A stretch of 64,000 nucleotides of DNA. It comes from an uncultured virus (IMG/VR IMGVR_UViG_3300008113_000102) (taxonomy: Duplodnaviria; Heunggongvirae; Uroviricota; Caudoviricetes). The stretch lies in IMG/VR virus record IMGVR_UViG_3300008113_000102. One strand, 5' to 3'. Below, one piece after another: positions 38,706-49,620 of the stretch. The notes under the pieces were generated by a model. That model saw nothing but the letters and a program-made list of their open reading frames with translations. It was not told the origin of the DNA and did not search any database. The position numbers were made by a program, and so were the translations under genes. Each line of letters begins with the position of its first letter. Position 1 is the first letter of the stretch.

Positions 38706-39250
38706 TACCTATTATTTAATGGCGAATTAATATATTTAGTCGTTGCGCTGTTCAAATATACGAAAGAATTTGCACTTGCTTTCTCAAATTTTATAACAAT
38801 ATAATTGCCCTTTAGGCTATCCCCCTCAATAAGTCCTCCGGGGCTATTTGCATCCCTTAAAAATGATGCATGATACTCAGATTCTAAAGTTTCAAAATCT
38901 GTTGCTAAAAGCTCGCTATCCTGCCTAGCCCCTGCACTTTCCATTTGGGTATATATATCTGGGCAAGCCCATACTGTGCTACCTGTTTCCATAACAGAAA
39001 CCCAAGTCTTTTTATCTAATGAATTAGAGTTAAATACGGGGGTTATGGACGCATTGTATTGAGTACCATAGAAATTACAATAAGGAGTCGTACCATGCTT
39101 CCAGATTGCACCATTTTTAAACGTAAACATAGTAGTATTGACCTCACCCATAAATTCAGGGTGATACGAGTAAAATGACTCAAAAGCATTGTCAGGCTCT
39201 GAAAAACATATTGTAAACGGATCTTGATGAAAATATAATGTATTTGCCAT
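38705..39250 (-). CDS. Probable C-terminal segment of the tail stabilisation (nozzle) protein
   Basis: TICFSE...SFYSYHPE...FKNGAIWKH...NFYGTQY...LKGNY. Confidence 0.6.
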   Translation of the reverse strand: MANTLYFHQDPFTICFSEPDNAFESFYSYHPEFMGEVNTTMFTFKNGAIWKHGTTPYCNFYGTQYNASITPVFNSNSLDKKTWVSVMETGSTVWACPDIYTQMESAGARQDSELLATDFETLESEYHASFLRDANSPGGLIEGDSLKGNYIVIKFEKASANSFVYLNSATTKYINSPLNNR

Positions 39251-39274
39251 TTAATTTAATTTCTTTTTTTATTT

Positions 39275-42200
39275 TTAACATGAAAAATACCCAATCACAT
39301 ACCCATCAGTATCTATTTGTAATGTAGTTCCAAATGTTGAATATTGGTCAGCATAATATAAATTACCACCATTAAATGGAGTTGTCATACCACTATCAGT
39401 AAAGAATCTAGTCACATACGGTCCTCCCGGATCATACCAAACTGAACTATTTCCATAAACTGAATTAGGGTACGGACCACCAAGGCCAGAACATTCGTTT
39501 GGAGCCGCATACCCAGCACTTATAAGAAAGTTTGTACTAGCTGCGGTAGTCGTAGTAGTCGTACTTGTTGTTGAAGTGGTCGTAGTCGTAGGGGCAGCCG
39601 TAGTTGTTGTTGTAGTTGTTGTTGTAGTTGTTGGCGCAGGAAAACAAGGAGAACAAGCACTTGTGACAGTTGCCACAGGATTGCCATTTATTACTGAAAC
39701 GCTAACATATTGACCACCAAAACTAACAAACCATAAACCTGTTGGTGCAGCTGCGAATATTGCACCCGTAAAGGTAGTGCAGCTACAGAAATCAGGATTA
39801 TCACCTGTTACAGTTCCTGATGCACTAAAATTACAAGCATCTGTAGAATCTCCACCAAAACCTATTAAAAATGATAGAGTTGTGGTTGTTGTCGTTGTTG
39901 GTGCAGCAGTTGTTGTTGTGGCAGGAGCCGCAGTTGTTGTTGTAGTTGGCGCAGCGGTAGTCGTTGTACTAGTTGTTGTTGTAGTCGGAGAAGCGGTTGT
40001 AGTTGTACTTGTTGTTGTTGTTGTGGTTGTTGTTGGTCCAGATGTTGTAGTAGTTGTAGAAGGAGGTAAATACCTATTAATTTCCTCCATTGCAATAATG
40101 TATTTGTTGGTATTAGCATCAAATACACCATATATACAAGGATTTCCAGAATACACCACACCTGTAGCAGGAACTCCGTTGTTTAAATCTTGTCTATATG
40201 CGGCTAATGTAGCCACAAAGAAAGCATTTGTATTATTAGTAATACTGATTGGAGTTATTCCATCTTGAGCTAATCTACAAACCACACCCCTAAAATTATC
40301 TACAAAGTAGTCTGCAAAGTTATTCCATGCAAGACTTGTAGCGGCATCACCAATTCCATAATCACCAGCATAATACTGAATCTTATTAATTAATTGATTG
40401 CTATTAGCTTGTAGTGGGTTTCCAGTTACATCTTTTACAATCTGAGTTAAAATAGGAACATTACCTACTTTAAAATTTTGGTAAACCTTTAAATATCTAT
40501 CCCTTACATGAAGTCTTAATACATCACCAAACGACCTATCATACTCATCAAAATCTTCATAAATAAATCTATTTGTAGCATTTAAATTAGTATTTGATTG
40601 ATATGCTTGACCAAATCTAATTAATGTAGGGAAGTATGTTTTTGCCGCGTTTTCATCTATTACTGAAGCTCTACCATTGCTATTTGTGATCAAATTATAT
40701 GTATCATTGAAACTACTTTCTATAATTTCAATTGTAGAACCTTTTAAAACTTGAAAATCAAATGTCATTGGTTCAACAATTATATTATTAGAACCAATAC
40801 TGTCATTTGTAGATTTAGCTACTATATATACTTTACCTGTTGGAGGTACACTAATTCTTTTGTCAATTGTAAATGTTGTAGGTGTATTTTGAACTATATC
40901 ATTTACTTCTATGGGTAATAACGAAACCGTAAATTTAGGAGCAAATGGTATTAAACTTGTACAAATAAGTGCGTATACTGAAAATGTAGAGCCACCATCA
41001 GACGACATATTAAAAGAGCCTTTTATTGATACTACCTTATCAGTGCCTAAAATGTTTGATTTATTATAGAAAAAATAACCAGTGTCACTCCAAACTGGGT
41101 AACTTGCTCCAGTTAAGGCAACATTAACATTTGGTTGCGTTTGTATTCTATATGATATATTATCAATAGTTGTATTAACAGTTATTGGAAATGACACACT
41201 TCTTGATACAAAAGCACCGGTTACTCCAATACTAAATACCCCAGAAGTGTATTCGTATTTATCACTATATGGTACATTCCTAAGCCTATAAAACAAATCA
41301 CCATTATTAAGGGCAAGAGTTGCTCCTCCGTTAGGAAGTTTAGTTAATCCATAGTGATACCTTGTTGGCAACCCTGCATCACCAATACCGTATTGTTTAC
41401 CAAACTCATAGAAAAATCTTTGAGTTGAAGCAGCATTATTAGTGTAATTATATAATAATATTTCGTAGTGCTGAAAATCTTCTGTACCCGGAAATTGAAA
41501 TGTAGCATCAATATCATCAGTTGGATATCTTAGTTTTAAGAAATTACCAACTGCTGTGTTAGTATTGTTATTATTTGTTGTAGTATATTCAATAGTAGAA
41601 AGCGTACCAACTATTTCATAGTCAAATTGACTAGTAATATTTTGAGCAGCCCCCGCAACATCATATCTTCTTATAAATTTAATTCTATCTCCCTCTGTGT
41701 AGTTATAAGAAACAACATTTTGGGTTGAACTAATTTGGTCATTATATTCTTGGATGTTACCAATACCTATGTAAAGAAATTTTGTACTATCTACTCCAAT
41801 AGGCAATGATGTATAAGCTGATTCGCTTACCCAACAAAGACGCTTATTGTAAGTTGTGTTATTTGATCTTACTATCTGATAATAAGAAGCATATAATGGA
41901 GGTCTATTTTTTATAGACAAATTAACTAATGGGAAATCATCTGCAAGAACTCTTGATGGAGTATTAATTACAGCATCTTTAGATGTTTGAGTTCCAATTG
42001 TTCTTCCCTGAGCATCAAAATACTGAATACCATATTGGTAACCACCATTCCAAACATTTGCAAATCTTGTATTATCATTATCCAATGCAGGAATAGTAGC
42101 AAAAGCTGTTGATGTTAATACAAATCCACCTGCGTAAGACATAGTTAGCTTATTACCAACTATTGCGCCAACTTGAGTATATCCTTCCAAAACCATAGCA

Positions 42201-43519
42201 GCAGATATGCCAGCTAATATATCGCTCACTAAATAATTAGTAGTAAGACCTGTAGTTGCATAAGATGTACTCAAATCAGTTCCGCTTGCACTAAACGAAT
42301 TAATATAATAAGTACCTGCTGCATTATTCAATTCAGTAACATTACCATCAATTCCATTTGTTCCTGTACCATAAAGGTAAATATCCATTGTGGTACCAGA
42401 TCCACTATCATTACCATTTACAGAAGCAAAGAAAGACAAACCACATTGGTCATAATAATAGCTTGATGCAGTTGAATATGTAGTAGCCTCCAATTCAACA
42501 TCTGTTTTATCATACCCTTCCAAAATACCAGCATATAATAAAACATTACCATTAGCAAGCTCAGCTGCATTGGCTCTTTGTGGAACCCAGTCCTGTAATT
42601 GATCTGCTTCTATTACATCAATTTGAGTATATATAGAATCATTATAAAATCTAAAATAATGAATATCGTTATTATCTATTACAAGATCGGCTTTATCAAA
42701 AGATTTTATCAAAAACCAATCACTAGTTCCACTACTAAATGTTTCTCTAAAAGCAACTTCAATAGCTTTAACATCAGTATCTCCTGTTGAAAAGTTAATA
42801 GCAATTCTTGAATTATTGTAATAATCATTTTCAGTTAATTGCAAAGTAGGTTGCTGAGGCAAAGGCACAATGCTCTTTGAACTCCATACAGACTTTTCAT
42901 TATTATCGTAAACATATCTGTAACAAAACTGAAATAATTTGTTTCTTAAATTATTAATAGTAATTGTAGTGTCATTCTCATAAGTAACTTGAGGAGGCAT
43001 AACTGGAGGCGCTTTTGCAACTAGCAAATAATCCGCTACCCAATCTGTACCATACAAATTGTTTACATTCAATACTCTAGGAGGATTATACCCATCATTA
43101 AAAAATAACAAGTCACCTTCTAAATCTCTGTAAAATATATTAACTGATAAAACTTTGTAAGAAGGGTTGAAATTTAAAATATCAACACCATTACTATTTG
43201 TCTTGCTTTGAAGAACGGTTGTAATAGTCTGTGTATTTAGGTCATAATAAGCAATGGTATGAAAACCATCACTATTCCAAATAAAATAATAAGCCCTATT
43301 CCTTACCTTATCTCCATAAAATCCAATAACCTTACTTACCCCACTAGGCAAACTATAGCTTATCAAAGTGTTCCCTAAAATATTAGAAACTACTTTATCT
43401 TGCCCACGACCTTGCGCGTCTTTTGTGACGTTTAATGCGTCTACATAATCATTATTACTAACTCTGTATTCTGCATCATCTAGGTTTAATTTACCACTAA
43501 AAGGAGTATTTATTATCAT
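39275..43519 (-). CDS. Tail stabilisation (nozzle) protein with mucin-like Thr-rich extension
   Basis: GKLNLD...YVDALN; NKLFQFCYRYVY; YQYGIQYFDAQGR; YAGDYGIG; RLAQDGITPIS; poly-Thr near the C-terminus. Confidence 0.75.
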   Translation of the reverse strand: MIINTPFSGKLNLDDAEYRVSNNDYVDALNVTKDAQGRGQDKVVSNILGNTLISYSLPSGVSKVIGFYGDKVRNRAYYFIWNSDGFHTIAYYDLNTQTITTVLQSKTNSNGVDILNFNPSYKVLSVNIFYRDLEGDLLFFNDGYNPPRVLNVNNLYGTDWVADYLLVAKAPPVMPPQVTYENDTTITINNLRNKLFQFCYRYVYDNNEKSVWSSKSIVPLPQQPTLQLTENDYYNNSRIAINFSTGDTDVKAIEVAFRETFSSGTSDWFLIKSFDKADLVIDNNDIHYFRFYNDSIYTQIDVIEADQLQDWVPQRANAAELANGNVLLYAGILEGYDKTDVELEATTYSTASSYYYDQCGLSFFASVNGNDSGSGTTMDIYLYGTGTNGIDGNVTELNNAAGTYYINSFSASGTDLSTSYATTGLTTNYLVSDILAGISAAMVLEGYTQVGAIVGNKLTMSYAGGFVLTSTAFATIPALDNDNTRFANVWNGGYQYGIQYFDAQGRTIGTQTSKDAVINTPSRVLADDFPLVNLSIKNRPPLYASYYQIVRSNNTTYNKRLCWVSESAYTSLPIGVDSTKFLYIGIGNIQEYNDQISSTQNVVSYNYTEGDRIKFIRRYDVAGAAQNITSQFDYEIVGTLSTIEYTTTNNNNTNTAVGNFLKLRYPTDDIDATFQFPGTEDFQHYEILLYNYTNNAASTQRFFYEFGKQYGIGDAGLPTRYHYGLTKLPNGGATLALNNGDLFYRLRNVPYSDKYEYTSGVFSIGVTGAFVSRSVSFPITVNTTIDNISYRIQTQPNVNVALTGASYPVWSDTGYFFYNKSNILGTDKVVSIKGSFNMSSDGGSTFSVYALICTSLIPFAPKFTVSLLPIEVNDIVQNTPTTFTIDKRISVPPTGKVYIVAKSTNDSIGSNNIIVEPMTFDFQVLKGSTIEIIESSFNDTYNLITNSNGRASVIDENAAKTYFPTLIRFGQAYQSNTNLNATNRFIYEDFDEYDRSFGDVLRLHVRDRYLKVYQNFKVGNVPILTQIVKDVTGNPLQANSNQLINKIQYYAGDYGIGDAATSLAWNNFADYFVDNFRGVVCRLAQDGITPISITNNTNAFFVATLAAYRQDLNNGVPATGVVYSGNPCIYGVFDANTNKYIIAMEEINRYLPPSTTTTTSGPTTTTTTTTSTTTTASPTTTTTSTTTTAAPTTTTTAAPATTTTAAPTTTTTTTLSFLIGFGGDSTDACNFSASGTVTGDNPDFCSCTTFTGAIFAAAPTGLWFVSFGGQYVSVSVINGNPVATVTSACSPCFPAPTTTTTTTTTTTAAPTTTTTSTTSTTTTTTAASTNFLISAGYAAPNECSGLGGPYPNSVYGNSSVWYDPGGPYVTRFFTDSGMTTPFNGGNLYYADQYSTFGTTLQIDTDGYVIGYFSC

Positions 43520-43522
43520 ATC

Positions 43523-44293
43523 TTATGCCTTAACAGTCATTCTTTGTGTATCTAAATTCAATTCATATCCTTGCATTAAGTATAAAGGCTTAAATTGAGC
43601 GTTAGCTATTCTTCTTTGATTATAAAATTCCTGCTTTCTATCTCTCTTATCGCCTAAATTACCTCTTCTAGTAGATGGCATAGATGCTATATCTCTCCAA
43701 GAAATCCATGCAAGCAATGCTTCTCTAAATTGAATAGGTATTGAAAATGTTTCTTCTGGATTACCGCTAGATAGATATTCTATCATTAAGTAAGAATAAT
43801 AAAAATATTGATTTAAAAGAACAACACCATTTGAATCATCAATGTTAAATTGACCTACAAATGGAGAACCACTTGGTAATCCATAAATATTTTGAAAACC
43901 ATATCCGTCCCAGTAATTAAACCATAACGGCAAGTCTGTCTGATACCATGTTGCCAAAGTATCATCTTGAGTCAAAGCCAACCTATTTGGCTGTTGATCT
44001 CCGTAAAATGTCATTTTACTATTAAACTTTAAAGGAATAATTTCCCCTACTGAGTTTAATACACCTATTTTAGTATAGCTTATATAATCATTAGGTAACT
44101 GTGCAGTATAATTAGTAGTGTCCACAGGCACCTTAACTGTTCTTATTTTATAAAAAAAGTCAAGACCAAGTTTCTCCATACCACGCACAGCAATATTATA
44201 TAACTTAGCGTATTTGTGTACTGACTGTTCACTTTCATCAATGTAATCATTGATAACTGAATCTAATGTTATGTAATTTCTTACTTGGGACAT
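43523..44293 (-). CDS. Tail tubular/adaptor-type structural protein
   Basis: LPNDYISYTKIG and IEYLSSG motifs; context. Confidence 0.6.
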   Translation of the reverse strand: MSQVRNYITLDSVINDYIDESEQSVHKYAKLYNIAVRGMEKLGLDFFYKIRTVKVPVDTTNYTAQLPNDYISYTKIGVLNSVGEIIPLKFNSKMTFYGDQQPNRLALTQDDTLATWYQTDLPLWFNYWDGYGFQNIYGLPSGSPFVGQFNIDDSNGVVLLNQYFYYSYLMIEYLSSGNPEETFSIPIQFREALLAWISWRDIASMPSTRRGNLGDKRDRKQEFYNQRRIANAQFKPLYLMQGYELNLDTQRMTVKA

Positions 44294-44295
44294 TT

Positions 44296-44568
44296 TTAAT
44301 TATTTGAAAAATAAGCTAATATATCGTTTTGACGAATTAAAAAATGCAATTCATTACCTACAACAACAGGCTCCCCTGCTCCCTTGATATGAAAAATGCA
44401 ATCATCTTTTTTGGCTTCCATTTTTATTTTAGAAGTTCCACGACCAACAGCAATTACTTTAGCTTTACTACTTCTTTCTCTGAATCCTTCAGGAATAAAT
44501 AATCCGCCTTCTGTAATTTCATCAGCCATAAATGGTTTTACTAAAACAAAATCTCTAATTGGTTTCAT
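44296..44568 (-). CDS. groES: Co-chaperonin GroES
   Basis: MKPIRDFVLVKP...TEGGLFIP...VIAVGRG...LIRQNDILA. Confidence 0.9.
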   Translation of the reverse strand: MKPIRDFVLVKPFMADEITEGGLFIPEGFRERSSKAKVIAVGRGTSKIKMEAKKDDCIFHIKGAGEPVVVGNELHFLIRQNDILAYFSNN

Positions 44569-44580
44569 TGGTTGTTATTT

Positions 44581-45213
44581 TTAGTTATTATTATCTACTC
44601 CATCATTACTTTGGTCTATAGGCCTTGACTTTTCAAAAACTAATTGACCTTTAATATATTCTACTACTACTGGCATATAATCATCAGGAATAATTAATGT
44701 TGAATCCAAATCTGTTGAATCACCGCCACTAACCATTCTAATTGTTGCCTTGTACGATGTCAAAGGTATTGAGCTTTTTACATAAATGTTTTGACCTTCA
44801 ACCCAATATGCTATTTTATTCTGAATAGGCCTTAACTGCTCTTGATAAGCAATCTGATTCATGCTTAATGGAATTGCTGTTTGTGAAGTTTTTTTATCTC
44901 CAACAAACTGTAATGTAGCAACTCCTTCATTTCTTCCTAGTGCAACAGGTATAGATGGTAAATCAACCCTATAAGTAACATTGTCTACCGTTTCAGCATA
45001 TATATCTAAATTCTTAAAAGTAGTATAAAATGAATTATTTATGTAAGACACTCCATCTAGTTGAATGTTGTCTGTATAATTCTTTTTAGCTGCTGCCCCA
45101 ATAGCATCATTTAGCCACTGATTAACTAATCCGTATGTGATATTAGAATCATCAGAAGGCTGACCGTTGTATATTTGCCTTAATATTCTTTCTATTAATT
45201 GATACCTAGTCAT
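44581..45213 (-). CDS. Putative head-tail ring protein
   Basis: Context; ends with D.SND motif. Confidence 0.55.
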   Translation of the reverse strand: MTRYQLIERILRQIYNGQPSDDSNITYGLVNQWLNDAIGAAAKKNYTDNIQLDGVSYINNSFYTTFKNLDIYAETVDNVTYRVDLPSIPVALGRNEGVATLQFVGDKKTSQTAIPLSMNQIAYQEQLRPIQNKIAYWVEGQNIYVKSSIPLTSYKATIRMVSGGDSTDLDSTLIIPDDYMPVVVEYIKGQLVFEKSRPIDQSNDGVDNNN

Positions 45214-45881
45214 TATTGTCCAGTTTGGTTTATTTGATTAGCATATTGCATAACCGCTCCGTCTTGTAAATTTAATCCAATTAACTTTAATGCACGAGTA
45301 ATAATCTCAAGAATATCTATTTCAGCCCAAACGGGTTGAACACTTGTTCCGGCATTGTAAACTGGTCTACCACTAACCGTAGTATAACCCCAAACAATAT
45401 CTGGAGCAGATTTTACATAAGATAAAATTGCGGTACCTAATGTTTTAGGATAAAACTGAAATTGATTATCTTCTAGCAAGTATATCGGGTTGTCCGCAAT
45501 TGGATCAATTTGGCTATTGTAATAAGAATACAATTTATCTTGAGAAACAAATCTTATTCTATGCAAACCATCAGACTTCCACATAGCATCAACTTGCAAA
45601 AAATCAGCTGGTGCCGGAGCAACTCCAGTTCCGCTATTTATAGTTAAATTAGATTCTGCAATCAAAGGGGTTAACCTTTGTCTAGTGTTTTCATTTTGAC
45701 TATAATTAATTCTAGCTTGAGGCCTTCCGTATTGATATTGTTGAAATTCACCTAATAAATAGTCTTGATATGAAATCTGCGCTTGATTTATAGTCAGATT
45801 AAACTCTGCTGGAGTCAAATAGCCGTTCTGCGCCTTATTAACCGCATACTGGCAAATACGATATACATCATTAACATTCAT
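45213..45881 (-). CDS. Putative head-tail ring protein
   Basis: NKAQNGYLTPAEFNLTINQAQ...WGYT. Confidence 0.6.
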   Translation of the reverse strand: MNVNDVYRICQYAVNKAQNGYLTPAEFNLTINQAQISYQDYLLGEFQQYQYGRPQARINYSQNENTRQRLTPLIAESNLTINSGTGVAPAPADFLQVDAMWKSDGLHRIRFVSQDKLYSYYNSQIDPIADNPIYLLEDNQFQFYPKTLGTAILSYVKSAPDIVWGYTTVSGRPVYNAGTSVQPVWAEIDILEIITRALKLIGLNLQDGAVMQYANQINQTGQ

Positions 45882-45918
45882 TGAAATAAGTTATACAACA
45901 AATATACGAAAAAGTAAT

Positions 45919-45953
45919 AAAAAAGCCCCGTAATTTTTAGGTTACGAGGGCTT
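45919..45953 (-). terminator. Intrinsic terminator
   Basis: On - strand AAGCCCTCGTAAC...ATTACGGGGCTTTTTT. Confidence 0.75.
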
Positions 45954-45974
45954 CTTATATTTGGGGGGAAAGTA

Positions 45975-46865
45975 TTAAACTAGCTTCTTTAATTGCTCTA
46001 AAAATGCCCTACTTTCATCTTGAGGGAACATTGCAAATTCAACCAAGTAATTTTGTGGCTTTTTATCTGAAGGTATCTTGCAAATAAAACCACCATCACC
46101 TGACCAATAAGCAGATCCTTTCTTAGTAGTAGTATCTATTTTATTGTCAATTAATGCCTTTTTAACAATGTAAGCTATTTCAACTTCTTTAGAGCCAGCG
46201 CTTTGCATAAACTTATTAGGTTGTGCCTCAGCGTAAAGCTCATAGTCGTTTCTTAATGCTTCCAATGATTTAGGCATACCTAATTCATCTACAAATGAAA
46301 TTCCAAGATAATTACAGTGCTTACGCATTTCCTCGTCAGAAGCTAGGGAAGCATACTTAATAGCTTCAACTTTAGCAACTCTCTTAGCGCGTTCAAGCTC
46401 TGCTGTTCTCTGAGGATTCCATTGGAAAAATGTTACTTTTCTAGTTCCTTTTCTATTTGGATTATCTAGGTTAGCATTACAAAGATTTAAAAACTCAAGA
46501 GCTTCTACATCATATTCTGCAACCCTTAAAACCCTTCTATCAAAGATTAGACTTCTTCTATTTTGCTCTACGAATGATTTTTCTAAACCTTTTTGATCCT
46601 CAACCCAAATGCTTGGATAGCCTCTCAAAAGTCTAATTCTCTCCATTCTACCCTTCTTTTCATTCCAAACATCATCAATACCTTCCATGTGGTATTTACC
46701 ATTTTTTTTGGTGTCTGATAATTTGAAAATTTTAAAAGTATTACCGGTAGCTACGGGCGCTTCATTAAGCGCTGCTGTAGATTCTTCGTATTGTCTTGAT
46801 TGTACTTGTTCACCTTGTTGTGAAAAATTGGCATCTTGTATGCCTACTGCCTTTAAACGAGCCAT
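45975..46865 (-). CDS. Hypothetical protein downstream of the capsid gene
   Basis: 296 aa ORF. Confidence 0.7.
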   Translation of the reverse strand: MARLKAVGIQDANFSQQGEQVQSRQYEESTAALNEAPVATGNTFKIFKLSDTKKNGKYHMEGIDDVWNEKKGRMERIRLLRGYPSIWVEDQKGLEKSFVEQNRRSLIFDRRVLRVAEYDVEALEFLNLCNANLDNPNRKGTRKVTFFQWNPQRTAELERAKRVAKVEAIKYASLASDEEMRKHCNYLGISFVDELGMPKSLEALRNDYELYAEAQPNKFMQSAGSKEVEIAYIVKKALIDNKIDTTTKKGSAYWSGDGGFICKIPSDKKPQNYLVEFAMFPQDESRAFLEQLKKLV

Positions 46866-46945
46866 AAAATGGTTTTTATATGTTTAAAATAGGTAGCGAC
46901 AATCAATAAAGTTGCCGCTACCCGATTAATTAAAGGTAATTAAAA

Positions 46946-48358
46946 TTAGTTACCTTGAAGGATGATAAACTGATTTGCTGCACAAACGCGAGTACCACGA
47001 TAAGTGATCATTGCGATTTGATTAGTCATTGTACCATCTGTTGGATTAGGAGATCCACCACCATATTGCCATACGCGAATACCGTTACCAACAGTACCAC
47101 CTACCGGAGGTTGCTGATACATGATAGTAATATTCTTGTAAACTTGAGCAGTTTTTGCATCCTTAGTTTCACCCATTGGATAGATTAGACCGAAATTACG
47201 GAAGTAATCTACGTTAGGAGTTAAACCAGTTGTAACCTCAGTGTTGAATTGAGAGTACTTCTTAACAGATAATAAGTAACCGTCAATGAAGATTTCTTGG
47301 AAGCCATAAGCAACAGAAGCTTCTTTTGACTTTTCGCCTTGACCATAAACGAAAGCACCAGCAGGGTATGCAGAGAAGATACCATCACTGAAGTCTTGTC
47401 TTTGGAAAATATCAGCTAACCATGCAGATTGCTTAGCACAACCATTAACGTCCATGATACGAGTAATCTCATGAAGTTTAGCGATATCAAGTGTACCCGG
47501 AGTGTAACCAACAGTTTCACCGTCAGCAACAACTTTAGGGATGATACCTACAGAACCTTGAGAATTAGAATCAATAGCGCTATTGTTTTGTAAGTTACCA
47601 CGCATTAATTTAGCTTCTACGTTGTTTTTGAAACGTACAAGTGTTTTGTACATACCTTTGTATGTAAATGCAGTTGCACCATTTGCAGCCATATCAGGAG
47701 ATACAGGGAACTCATAATATGTTTCAGCCATTTGTGCTAAGTCGGTATTGCTCCAACCATCACGAATTTCTGTTACATAGTTATCATATCTTTGATCCAA
47801 TTGGATTAAAGGATTGATTTGAGTTGAAGCTTCACCAGCATCAGCGTCACCGCCAAATAATAAAACCTCACCAGCAAGTAATGAGTTTACACCAGCTGAA
47901 GCAAAACGCTGACTAGTTTGCTTAGGAGCAACTTCAAATGTGAAAGCGTAAGGAGTTGTATCATCAATTGAAACGATAACACCCTCTACGTTAGAAGAAG
48001 CAACACGCAAAGTTTCTTTTAATCTTAATGGAGATTGAGTACCACTGTTGTAATACGCTTCTTGACCAAGAGTTAAAGTTAAAGTTGCACCAACACCTGC
48101 TGCTACAGTAGATTCGTTTGTAACACCCGGCATTAATTTACCGCGGTTTTCAAACCAGAAGTAGTTTAAGTTTTTAACTTCTTCCATGCCACTATGAGCT
48201 GCTAACCACCAAGTAAAATCTTCGTTACCGTACTTTTGAGTGTACTGCTTATAGTACTGTGGGGTTAATAATTGTAAGTCAACCATCAGTTGACGATTCT
48301 GGGACTGGAGTGATATTGCACCCGGTTGCAGAATATTAGAGGTAGGTATCCCTGCCAT
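46946..48358 (-). CDS. Major capsid protein
   Basis: 470 aa after the scaffold; YFWFEN near the N-terminus and YRGTRVCAANQF at the C-terminus. Confidence 0.8.
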   Translation of the reverse strand: MAGIPTSNILQPGAISLQSQNRQLMVDLQLLTPQYYKQYTQKYGNEDFTWWLAAHSGMEEVKNLNYFWFENRGKLMPGVTNESTVAAGVGATLTLTLGQEAYYNSGTQSPLRLKETLRVASSNVEGVIVSIDDTTPYAFTFEVAPKQTSQRFASAGVNSLLAGEVLLFGGDADAGEASTQINPLIQLDQRYDNYVTEIRDGWSNTDLAQMAETYYEFPVSPDMAANGATAFTYKGMYKTLVRFKNNVEAKLMRGNLQNNSAIDSNSQGSVGIIPKVVADGETVGYTPGTLDIAKLHEITRIMDVNGCAKQSAWLADIFQRQDFSDGIFSAYPAGAFVYGQGEKSKEASVAYGFQEIFIDGYLLSVKKYSQFNTEVTTGLTPNVDYFRNFGLIYPMGETKDAKTAQVYKNITIMYQQPPVGGTVGNGIRVWQYGGGSPNPTDGTMTNQIAMITYRGTRVCAANQFIILQGN

Positions 48359-48406
48359 AATATTTAATTTTTTATTTTAACACCTTCTCCAAGGGTAATA
48401 TTTAAG

Positions 48407-49597
48407 TTACGAACTAAAAGCCCAATTAGCCAATTGCTCCTGTATAGCAGCATTTGGATTTAGACTTGGAGCCGTTCCTTGCGGAGTGGGGGTTTGGTTA
48501 ATGCTTACGTTACCACTCTTCTTTAAATGAGCAAGCAATCTTTGAGATGCTGCTTCATTAGCCACCTTTTGCAAAATTCTAGGCAAATTTTCAAGAACAT
48601 ACTTGTCGGCCATTATTTGTCTTACGTTTGGTTTTCCTTCCTCGTTAAACCATCTGTTTTCTAAATAAGCTTCGCCATCAAAATCTGATAGTTCTTGCTT
48701 TAATGCTAATCTCTCATCCTCTGCTACATTAAATGAAATCGGTATTTCAACATCATCGTCTTTAACCGAAACATTAAATCCATTAAAAGATTGAAATTCA
48801 GAATCAAGCGTTTTTTCATAAATTGACCTAGCTTGTTGCAAATATTCAAATTCCTCTTGATATTGCGCCTCCCTTCCGGCCTCATTATAAATATCTGGTA
48901 GTTTTATTTCACTTTTTAACTTTGCTATTTCTGGTCTAAGCACTTTAGCTTCAATCATCAGACGTTTCTCTGTGTAATCAGCTTGTGCTTGCCAAGTCTT
49001 TAACTTATCAGCATAATCCTCATCAGTTTCATCATAACCTTGTTCAGGTTTCAAAGGTACGAAAAATTGATCATAAAATAAAAGATCAACTTCATCCGCA
49101 CTTAAATCCTTAAACTTGTTTTGAATGTTTGTTTTTACAATTTCAGCTGCAATTTCAGTTGTTAATTCCGAATTAGTTAATTTATCAAGTTTTTTTTGTT
49201 CATTTAAAATTTGATAAACATCATCAGTCTTACCTTCTTTAATTGCATCAAAAAGAGTTCTACTTACATCATCAGAAAAATCAAATTGTGGAGTTTGCTC
49301 CCTTTCTTCAATTAATCTCAAAAATTCTGTTTCAGCTTCATCTACTGTATCAAAACCAAATCTTTCTTTAATAAAAGAATCTGGGTTAAAAGTAGAATAA
49401 TCTGTTTGTTGTTGTTGATTCTCACTAACTATCGCATCCGGAGATGAATTAGCTGTATTGTCAACATTTTGTTCTTCATTTGCAGTAGGGGCTACTTCTA
49501 CTTGCGGTTGCACTTGTGGTACAACATCTTCATCCGAAAACGGATTGTAACCTTCTGCCAGCTTTATTGGAGCTGACATGTCTTGATTTTCTAGCAT
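48407..49597 (-). CDS. Capsid scaffolding protein
   Basis: Highly acidic, between portal and capsid. Confidence 0.7.
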   Translation of the reverse strand: MLENQDMSAPIKLAEGYNPFSDEDVVPQVQPQVEVAPTANEEQNVDNTANSSPDAIVSENQQQQTDYSTFNPDSFIKERFGFDTVDEAETEFLRLIEEREQTPQFDFSDDVSRTLFDAIKEGKTDDVYQILNEQKKLDKLTNSELTTEIAAEIVKTNIQNKFKDLSADEVDLLFYDQFFVPLKPEQGYDETDEDYADKLKTWQAQADYTEKRLMIEAKVLRPEIAKLKSEIKLPDIYNEAGREAQYQEEFEYLQQARSIYEKTLDSEFQSFNGFNVSVKDDDVEIPISFNVAEDERLALKQELSDFDGEAYLENRWFNEEGKPNVRQIMADKYVLENLPRILQKVANEAASQRLLAHLKKSGNVSINQTPTPQGTAPSLNPNAAIQEQLANWAFSS

Positions 49598-49620
49598 AAA
49601 TGCTTATTTGTTTTTCGTTA

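Noticed and set aside
39777..40268. + strand poly-Val ORF
   Set aside because: Antisense of the poly-Thr tract
46892..46922. Hairpin after the capsid gene as a ribozyme or terminator
   Set aside because: Simple stem with no catalytic motif and no clear adjacent U-tract; probably a stability element
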